From positions 15,708-79,707 of the forward strand of contig CALEWY010000019.1 of NCBI GenBank assembly GCA_937925335.1: a stretch of 64,000 nucleotides of DNA. Reading direction: 5' to 3'. Positions 1 to 9,700 of the stretch are shown one piece after another; the stretch's first letter is position 1, and each line of letters opens with the position of its first letter. The notes below the pieces were generated by a model. The model was not told the DNA's origin. It was given only the letters and a program-made list of their open reading frames with translations, and did no database searches. Source of the stretch: an uncultured Acidimicrobiales bacterium. Lineage in GTDB: Bacteria; Actinomycetota; Acidimicrobiia; Acidimicrobiales; SZUA-35. The position numbers were made by a program, and so were the translations under genes.

Positions 1-136
1 CGAACTCGCCAGCATCGATGCTGCCGTCGCGGTCGAAGTCTGCGAACAGTGAGCCCGAGATTGGGGGGTCGCCAGCGGCCGCGCCGGAGAGCGAAATCGA
101 CCCCATCGTTGCGGCGACGAGCGCGATCGCAGCCAT
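1..136 (-). CDS. 5' end of a secreted protein (partial, continues past window start): signal-peptide-like N-terminus followed by an EF-hand-type Ca-binding loop
   Basis: The minus-strand frame is open from pos 1. ATG at 136-134 (alternatives GTG 139, ATG 265) gives MAAIALVAATMGSISLSGAAAGDPPISGSLFADFDRDGSIDAGEF. DFDRDGSIDAGE fits DxDxDGxIxxxE. It is absent from the ORF track because it has no stop inside the window. Confidence 0.4.
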   Translation of the reverse strand, partial: MAAIALVAATMGSISLSGAAAGDPPISGSLFADFDRDGSIDAGEF

Positions 137-423
137 CACGATCCAGTGACGTTGGCCGAGGAACGGAGCGAATCGATGCTCCTGTGTGCTCGATGGCGTC
201 CGCGCCCCGTGGGGGCGAGATGAGGGGGAGCGAGGGTCGACTTCGCTCGTCGTTGCGTGGATCATTCCACTCCTAGAGAGACAGTTCTGGTCACGATGAA
301 CCTGCTTGATGAAGGTTCTTCATACCAGGTACATCGTCTCCATGGGTGGATCTGCCCATAGGTCGGTCGCATCAGTGTCAGAGGTATTTCTGCCCAACTT
401 GTTCGGCGCCGAGGCGGCCTCGT

Positions 424-530
424 CATTGTCTCTGCCATTGTCTCTGCCATTGTCTCGGGCGTTGTCTCGGCCGTTGTCACGACCGCGTCACGAGCCGTTG
501 TCACGACCGCGTCACGACCGCTGTCATGAC
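424..530. repeat. Nine head-to-tail copies of a drifting 12-bp unit (CATTGTCTCTGC x2, CATTGTCTCGGG, CGTTGTCTCGGC, CGTTGTCACGAC, CGCGTCACGAGC, CGTTGTCACGAC, CGCGTCACGAC, CGCTGTCATGAC)
   Basis: Read directly from the sequence. Period is 12 (one copy has 11). It lies in the divergent intergenic region between the partial minus-strand gene and the giant adhesin gene. Confidence 0.9.
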
Positions 531-761
531 GTTGGCAGGATCCTTGATCCCCGACTGTGCTTGCACTCCACTTGATGGTTGATCAACTCGCAGGCACAAA
601 CGGGCCTCGGCTGTGTCGGCGGCGAGGGTCCCAAAGTTGAGTGGGTCTGATTACCCAAATTCGGCCCAAACGGTCCCCAACCTTCGGGACTTCGCCGATG
701 GGGAGAGATCAGACGGAGACAGCTCCGCCTGAGATGGAAGCCTTGAGACGGGAAAATTCGG

Positions 762-3700
762 GTGACACAGACACGACGTCGAATGATCGCAGTTGTTGCA
801 TGGTTGGTTCTACTGATCGCCACGCCATCGGCATACATCGCTGGTACCGCCGCGCCCGCACTTGCGGGCCCTGACGACTTCACGCTGGACAAGTCCGGTC
901 CCGAAGACGCGCTGATCGGCGAACTGATCGAGTTCACGCTCACCGCAACCGGCTCACAGTCCGCAGACCTCTACAACATCTCGTTCCGAGACGTTCTCCC
1001 CCCGGGTGTCGAGTTCGTGTCCGGCGACCCGTCACCCGTGGTGATCGCCGACGAACCATCGCCTGGTTTCACCACGCTTGTTTGGGAGAACGTGTCCGAC
1101 CTCCCAACCGGCTCGCAGTCGTCGGTGAGCTACACCGTCGATACCGACCCTGACACCAACCCCGCCACCCTTCCCGTTGGCACGTCATTCACGAACTCGG
1201 CCGAGGCCGTTGGTAACTCTGACGCCTTTGTGCTGCCTGCCATCGACCCTGCCACTGGCACGTTCACTGGCGGCTTCACCGGCGAGGCAGACGCAACGAC
1301 CGACACGCCGATCATCGCCTACCGCCTCGAGAAGATCCCACTCGAAGGCGAGATCTTGCGCGGCGTTCACGGCAACACGATGGGCACTGCGGGCGGCGGC
1401 ACCGTCGGCACGACCTACGAAATCGTCGTCGAAGGCAACCCGAACTACGACAGCGTCAACTTCACCGTGTCCGACACGATGAACCCGTTCCTCGAATTCC
1501 TCGGCTGCGACAACTACTACGCCGCAGATAACACCACAGACGTTCCGTTGAATGGTGCTGCGATTGCGACCGAGGAGTGGGTCGGTTCCGGCCCCGTCTT
1601 CTCACCACCCGCAACGCCGAACTGTTTGACACCGACCCTGGTCGACACGCTTCCCTCTGGCCAGACGGTTGTCGAGTGGACGTTCCCGACCCTCGCCGCT
1701 GGCGCAACCGAGACGATCGAATATGGCGTCGGCATCGCAATGCGCGCCAACTGCGACACCTGGCCGGCAGGAAAGCCGGCCGCTGGCGGACTCACGCAAG
1801 GTCGAAACCTCGACAACAACTGTGGTGAGCCGACCAACGAACACGATATGGCACCGTGGCCCAACCCCGGCCTGCCGGAACTCTTGGGAGCGGCCGAAGA
1901 GCCGCTCGAGAACGTGGCGAGCACCTGTGGTGCTTACACCCAGGTCACCGGCCCTGCGTATGACCCGTGCCAGACCGACGAAGCAATCGTCGAGCAGGAA
2001 GATCTTCGTCTCGGCAAGAGCATGGTTGGCAGTCTGCAGCACAGCGCTGCTCTGGCGAACACGCTCACCGCTGAAGCCAGCGAGTATCGCGACTTCCAAG
2101 ATCTCACCTTCCGTGATCTCCTTCCCTCCGGCACCTGCTACACCGGCACGTTCTTGAGCGACATCACCGCTCCGCCGAGTGACTGGGCGACCAACGACTG
2201 CCCCGGTGCCGGTTCGGTCGTCCCGACGATCTCGATCGACGGCGGCGCTCCAATCGCCGCTCCGGCCACCACGGTGCAGGAGCTCGCCGACGGCCGCTTC
2301 GAGATCGTGTGGAGCTTCACCACCCTCGCTGAACTCGGCGCGCTGTCGAGTGACTCGACCGTGAGCATCAGCTTCGGTTCGGTCGTTCGAACGACCTACC
2401 GAGCCGGCTTTGCCCCAACCACGCCCGTCCTCTCCGGTGACAGTCTTGAGAACACCGCTGAGGTCTACGGTCCCGACTTCCGGACCACAGAAAACAGCAA
2501 CGACGAAGGCATTGACGACGACCCGGCAGATGAGACCGGCAACCCCGATGGTGATACCGCATCGGCTTCGATCGATAGCGCTCTGCCGTCGATCAAGAAG
2601 TACGTGTCGGTCAAGTCACCCGGCCCCCTCGATCAGAACACGGCGCCGATGCCGAACACGCCTGCCGACTGTGCTGCGCAATACGGCGCGATCACGTGGG
2701 AAGACTCCGCCGGCGGAGCGCCGACACCAACCGATGTCAACCTGAGTGAGTATGGTCCCGGCGACCTCGTATGCTTCGCCCTCACCGCTGACTTCCCGCC
2801 CGGCATCGACTACGGCGGCGTGCAGATCACCGATCTCCTGCCGCCCGGCTACACCTACATCCCCGGTTCCGCCGCTCGAATCACGACGTCGACGACCAAC
2901 GTCAGCCCCAGCGGCTCGATCCCGGCTGACACGATGCCTGGCGCATCGGTCGTGAGCGAAGCTGATCGAAAGGTCGTGTTCGATGTCGGACCCGTCTCGA
3001 ACTCCGGCAACAGCTTTGTCTGGGTCATCGGCGCAATCCTTGGGCCGCCCGGATCGAACGCCCCCGGCGACATCACGCTGAACCAGCAGAAGATGACCAC
3101 CGTGAACACGGCCGGCAACGTCTTCCAATTCCGCGACATGGCCGGTGTGATCTGGGAAGAGCCGATCGTTCAGATCGCAAAGGGTGTCGAGTCGATCACC
3201 AGCATCTCGGGTGATGTTGACGCTCCTGGTCCTCAGGGCATCGACTTTGACAACTCCTACTTCGATGACGTTCCGACAGCCCAAGAGGTCGAAGGAGCGG
3301 CGCTCGTCGAGTTCCGCCTCGACATCTGGAACGAAGGAAACCGCGACGCGGCGAACGTTGAAGTCTGGGACACGATCCCGCCCGAGTTCACCTGTGCCGA
3401 TATCTCCAACATCTCAAACGGTGGTGTGTGTGCCGCAGGCGTCATCACGTGGCCGCCAACTCTCACGGTTCCTGAGAACTTCGATTCGGTCAGCTACCGA
3501 CCCGCAGCTGGCGACTTCCAGACCTACACCTACGACCTCACGGTGCCTGGCAACGTTGCCCCCGGCCAGTTCTACTTGAACGAGGCGGGCATCCGTTCCT
3601 ACGAATCGGAATCCAACCTCGACTCGGGCGTCTTCACCTTCTACCCGGAAGACAACATCGACCCGACCGTCACGCCGAACACCGCCGATGCGGACGATCA

Positions 3701-6700
3701 GGCGCAGCTGTTCACCGTTGCACCGACCCTGAACAAGACGCAGTGGTCGGGAATCGACGACGCTGGCAACTCGAGCAATGGTTCCCTCAACCGGCCCGCA
3801 GATGACGCGACGATCGGCGAGATCGTTCAGTACCAGCTGTCGCTGACGATCCCCGAAGGCACGACGATCTACGACGGCGTGCTCTCCGATCAGATCCCGG
3901 CAGGGATGACGTGGTTCGAAGGCTCCGGCCTGTTCGACGGAGCGGTGTCGACCCTCACGCCGAGCATCGAATTCGTCGATGCCGGCGGCCTTCCCGTTGG
4001 CAATGACGATCCTTGCGGTGATCCAACACTCGCCGACCTTTTGATCGCCGGCGCTGCGCCGGCAGACGGTGACACCGGTGAGTTCGAGCTCACCTTCCCG
4101 TGTGACTACCTCAACGACACGGGCAGTGGCGACGACATCTTGTTGCTCACTTTCTACCTCCAGGTTGATGACGACCCGGCCAACCAGGCCGACCCTCAGA
4201 CCGCACTGCGCAACCGTGGCCAGTTCTCCTATGGCGACGAGCTCGGCAACAACCAAACGCCGGTCAACTCGAACACGGTCCAGATCGACGTTGTCGAGCC
4301 GAACCCCGAGATCGTCAAGACGCACACCACTCCTGTTCCGCCGAACAACTCGATTCTTCCCGGTGGCAACGCTGTGTGGAACCTCTCGGTGACGAACTCG
4401 TCGGCCACTGCGGCCAACGTCACGACCCTCCACGATCTCGAGATCGTCGACACCGTCCCGCTGTTCGCAACTCCGTTGGCAACTCCTGGTGGCACTCCGG
4501 TTACCGCAACCGGCGACACCGTGGAGGGCCCTGGCGGAGCGATCGGCATCTGGGATGCGACGGCGCGGACCATCACATGGACGACCGCAACGCCGTGGAA
4601 CCCGGCGGCAACACCGCACATTCTTGATGAGCTTGCTCCCGATGGTGGGCCGATCGTGCTCGACTTCGAGGTCGAGTTCGACTCCTTCATCCCGAGCGGC
4701 CAGATCATCTTCAACAGTGCCGAGGTGACCGGCGACAGCTTGTCGCCCGAGGACCCGAGCAACGATCCGAGCGATCAAGACGCTCGCCCCTATGGCGACT
4801 CCGATGGCGACTTCTTGACGCCGGTGACACCGAGCCTCGACAAAGACGTCGAGCCGTTCGGCTCCCCGGACGTCGACGACACCACCTTCACGGTTGGTGA
4901 GCCCGTCGAGTACTCCGTCACCTTCACGATCCCGGATGGAACCGTTGCCTATGACGCAACGCTGTTCGACACCCTCCCGGCCGGGCTCACGTTCGACTCG
5001 TTCTCCAACACCGGACTTGGCGCAACGCCGCTTGTCGGCCCTGGCTGTTTCTCCGGAAGTGAGACGGCGATCACCGGTCCACTCGATCCGAACGACTTCG
5101 GTCTGATCAACCCGACCGCTGGTGACCCACAGGTGGTTGCGTGGTTCTTCGGCGATGTCGTCGCAAGCGGCGAGGCCTGTGAAATCACGGTGCCGTACAC
5201 CGTTCACGTCAACGACACATCGTTCGATACCAACCTGCTCACCAACCGTGCCGAATCGGCATGGAACACGCGTGACGAAGTCGACGATTCGACCGTGACG
5301 ACGGACCTGCCTCCCGCCTACGACGACCCGAGCGAGTTCGACCTGAACCCGCCTCCAGTGACCGAGACGATCACGGTGGTCGAGCCGTCTCTCGAGTTGG
5401 ACAAAGACGTTGCGCTGCAACCCGGCGCAACGACGATCGCGCCATGCGACACGACTCCTGGCAACGACACCTCGGCTTCGAACGATCCCGATGGAACGCC
5501 CGGCACGAACCCATCTGGTGGGGTCGATGGCGACGGCTGCGACGTCGAGGCTGGCGCCTCGATGCAGTACACCCTGACGCTCACCAGCACGGGCACGAGC
5601 CCGGCCTACGACATCACCGTCGTCGATGAGGTGCCGCCCGGTATTGAACCGACGCTGCCGATCGCAAACGGTGGTGTGTGGGACGCCGGTACACGAGAGA
5701 TCAGCTGGCTCCTCGTCGGTCCGATCGATCCTGGCGACACCTTCCAGCTCGTCTACGACGCCGAGCTGTCCTATGACCCAGCGCTGCCGTTTGACTCCGA
5801 TGACTTCCTCGATGGTGAAGACCTGACCAACACCGCTGGTGTGCCGTTCTTCCTCGGCATTCCGGCCACCGAGCAGGTCCAGATCATCGCGGACAACCCG
5901 GCCAACGATGATCTGATCCTGTACGGCAGCGACCCGACGGCCGATCGTGGCCCGGTCGATCCGGACGACGTCACCCTCGAGGTGCACTTCCCCGAGGTCG
6001 AGATCGTGAAATCCGCCGTTGCACCGAGCGACGAAACCGACGCACGCATCGGTGAGCCGTTCACGTGGCAACTGGTGATCCGCAACACCGACTCGGTCGC
6101 CTCGCTGTACGGCGTTGATGCAACCGACACGCTTCCCCCGGGTTGGACCTACATTCCGGGTTCGGCGACGGTCACCGTCGACAACCCCGGCCCAGGCACG
6201 CCGACTCCGGTCGAGCCGACCTGTGCGGCCGACACCGGTGCTTGTAACGATCCCGCAGCGTTGAACGAAGAGACGCTCACGTGGACCGATCTCATCTCCG
6301 GCACCGATGCACTCGGACCGGGCGAGACGATCACGATCACGCTGCAGGCGATTCCGCAGCTCGACGTCCTCGACGACCCGATCTACTACACGCCCGCCAA
6401 CCTCCACACGAACGATGCGACCACCGCTGGCGACGACGCCGCCGGGAACGACTCGTGCTGTGGCGGAACGCCCTATGAGGATGACGATTCGCACGACGTC
6501 GTCCTGAACGAGTTCGACCTTGCGCTTCGTAAGACCGTGTTTGACCTCGACCCGGATCCGCTCCGTATTGGCTCGGAGATCACGTTCGATATCGAGGTCT
6601 TCAACCAGGGAACGGTCGACGCCTTCGACGTCGAGATCACCGACTACGTACCAGCCGAGCTGACGTTCTTGCCGAGCAACAACACCGCAGCCCTCACTGG

Positions 6701-9700
6701 CAACGCCAACGCTTGGGGCGGATCCGCCTCGGCTGCAACGCTCGACATTCCGTTCATCGCAGCGGGAACGAGTGAGACCGTCAAGATCGTCCTGGTCTTC
6801 TCGACTCCTCCTGTCGCTGGATCCTTGATCGACAACGTCGCCGAGATCAGCTCGGCCGACGACGACAACGATCCGGGAACTCCCGGGCCGAACGACAACG
6901 ACTCGACGCCGGACGCCATCAACGATGACGAACTCGAAGATGACGAGATCGACGAGAACGGTGTCGACGACACCACCGGAGACGGCATCGCTGACGAGGA
7001 TGATCACGACATCGCTTCGGTGACCGTGTTCGACCTCGCCCTCGAGAAGACGGTCAACACGATCGCTCCTCTCCCGATCGGCCCGACCTCGGTCGTGACC
7101 TTCGACATCGAAGTGTTCAACCAGGGTTCGGTCGCCGCGACCGACGTCGTCGTGACCGACTACGTCCAGTCCGGCTTCACGTTTGCCGCTGCGGACAACA
7201 CCGCAGCTGCAACGGGCAACGCCGCCGACTGGGATGGCACGGATCCGCTCAACCCAACGCTTGACGTCGGCTCGATTCCGGCCGGTGCAAGCGTGACGGT
7301 TTCCATCATCCTCGCCGTCGACGCCAGCTCGGCGCCGCTCGAGAACTTCGCCGAGATCTCGAGCTTCGATGATGACGGTGATCCGCTGACGCCGCCTCCG
7401 GGCGACATCGACTCCGATGCCGATAGCACCAACGACGAGACACCGGACGATGGTGTCATCGACGAGACCGGCATCGATGCAACCGGCCCGACCGGTGATG
7501 ACGAAGATGACCACGACATCGCTGTGATCGACATCTTCGACCTCGCCCTTCGCAAGACGATCAACACCGTCGCCCCGACCCCGATCGTGATCGGTTCGCT
7601 CGTCACCTTCGATATCGAGGTGTTCAACCAGGGTTCGATCGACGCGACGGACATCGTCGTGACCGACTACGTGAAGCCCGGCTTTGTCTTCAATGCTGCT
7701 GACAACACCGCAGCTGCCACGGGCAACGCCGCCGACTGGGACGGCACCGACCCGCTCAACCCGACCCTCGCGGTTGGCAACGTTGCGGCCGGCACCTCCG
7801 AGACGGCCACAATCGTCCTCGAATTCACCGGAACCCCTCCGGGCGGTGTGCTCGTCAACAACGCTGAGATCAGCTCCGCCGATGACGATGGCGACCCGCT
7901 GACGACCGCTCCGACCGACTTCGATTCGACGCCTGACGGCACCGATTCCGAGACCCCGGTCGACGACGAAATCGACAACACCGGCGGCGACGAAGACGAT
8001 CACGACACAGCACTCATCGACACGTTTGACCTGGCGTTGCGAAAGACCGTCCTCGAAGCAATCCCATCACCACCGGTGATCGGTACCGCAGTGACCTTCC
8101 AGATCGAGGTGTTCAACCAGGGTTCGATCGACGCAACGGACATCGTGATCACCGACTACGTCCAGAACGGGTTCACGTTTGAACCTGCAGACAACACGGC
8201 GGCCGCAACCGGCAACGCCGAGGACTGGGACGGCACCGATCCGCTCAACCCGACGCTGCTGGTCGGAGCGATTCCTGCCGGCGGCTCGGCGACGGTCACG
8301 ATCGTGCTCGATGTTGCCGACGCATCGGTCTTCTTGACCAACGTCGCCGAGATCAGCTCGGCTGATGACGATGGAGATCCGCTGACCACCGCTCCGACCG
8401 ATGTCGACTCGGTCCCTGACGCCGTCAATGACGACGAGGTCGAGGACGACGAGATTGGCGAGAACGGCCAGGACGACACGACCGGTGACGGCGTGGCTGA
8501 TCAAGACGATCACGACATCGCCGTGCTGTCGACCTTCGACCTCGCGCTGCGCAAGACCGTGAACGCCATCGATCCGTCACCCGTGACGATCGGTTCGCTG
8601 GTCTCGTTCAACATCGAGGTGTTCAACCAAGGTTCGATCGACGCAACCGACATCGTGGTCACCGACTATGTGCAGCCAGGGTTCGCATTCCGCCCGGCTG
8701 ACAACACCGCAGCAGTCACCGGCAACGCCGCTGATTGGGACGGCACCGATCCGCTGCTGCCGACCCTTGCTGTTGGTTCGATCCCTGCCGGATCGAGCGT
8801 GACCGTGCGCATCGTGCTCGAGGTCATCGGGGGAGCCCCAATGCTCGACAACGCCGCAGAGATCTCGAGCTTCGACGACGACGGTGATCCGTCGACGCCG
8901 GCCCCGAGTGACGTCGACTCCACTGCTGATGCCACCGACGACGATGTCGTGGAGAACGACGAAATCGACGAAAACGGAATCGACGACGAGACCGGTGACG
9001 GCCTCGCTGACGAGGACGATCACGACATCACGACGATGCCGGTCTTCGACCTTGCCACTCGCAAAGTGATGGCCTCGTTCGCTCCGAGCCCACTCGCCGA
9101 CGGGGGTCTCGTGACCTTCGAGGTCGAGGTGTTCAACCAGGGTTCGATCGACGCAACGGACATCGTGATCACCGACTACATCCAGCCGGGCTTCACGTTC
9201 GTTGCGGCGGACAACACCGCTTTGGTCACCGGGAACACCGAGGACTGGGACGGCACCGACCCGCTGAACCCGACCCTCTTGGTTGGCTCGCTCGCCGCTG
9301 GTGAAAGCATCACGGTTTCGATCGTGCTGCAGGTTCCCGTCGTCCCGACGACGCCGGAGACATTCGAGAACCACGTCGAAATCTCGAGCTACGACGACGA
9401 TGGTGATCCACTCACCACCGCACCGTCGGATATCGACTCGACCGCTGATGCCATCGACGACGATCTCGTCGAAGATGACGAGACGGGTGAGAACGGCCGT
9501 GATGACACGACCGGAGACGGCGTTGCGGACGAGGATGATCACGACATCGCAACCATCACGTTCCCATTCTTCGACCTGGCGCTGACCAAGCAGCTGCCGG
9601 CCGGCGCCCCAACGGTCGTCGACATCGGCGACGAGGTGACCTTCGAGATCACCGTGATCAACCAAGGTCTGATGGACGCCACCGACGTGCTGGTGACCGA

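Noticed and set aside
262-504. 80-aa minus-strand ORF (…TPETMAETMAETM…) covering the 12-bp array
   Set aside because: The repetitive peptide derives from the DNA repeat, there is no signal or motif, and the 11-nt unit breaks the periodicity in other frames. It is more likely non-coding, though not formally excluded.
560-760. Possible c-di-GMP (GEMM-type) riboswitch in the adhesin 5' region (GGCACAAACGGGCC..., GGTCCCAAAG...)
   Set aside because: It shows only loose resemblance to remembered GEMM-I consensus blocks. I could not build the two-helix architecture with the conserved GAAA tetraloop and receptor. A covariance-model scan (Rfam RF01051/RF01786) would be needed to confirm it.
3414-8003. 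1529-aa ORF on the minus strand, antisense to the giant adhesin gene
   Set aside because: This is a classic high-GC shadow ORF. The complement of a GC3-rich frame rarely contains TAA/TAG/TGA. The peptide is R/V/D/G-rich low complexity with no motif, whereas the plus strand has a signal peptide, recognisable modules and a sortase tail.
8577-9665. 362-aa antisense ORF inside the adhesin repeat region (also 8067-8513 and similar)
   Set aside because: Same shadow-ORF artefact. It merely mirrors the repeat structure of the sense strand.
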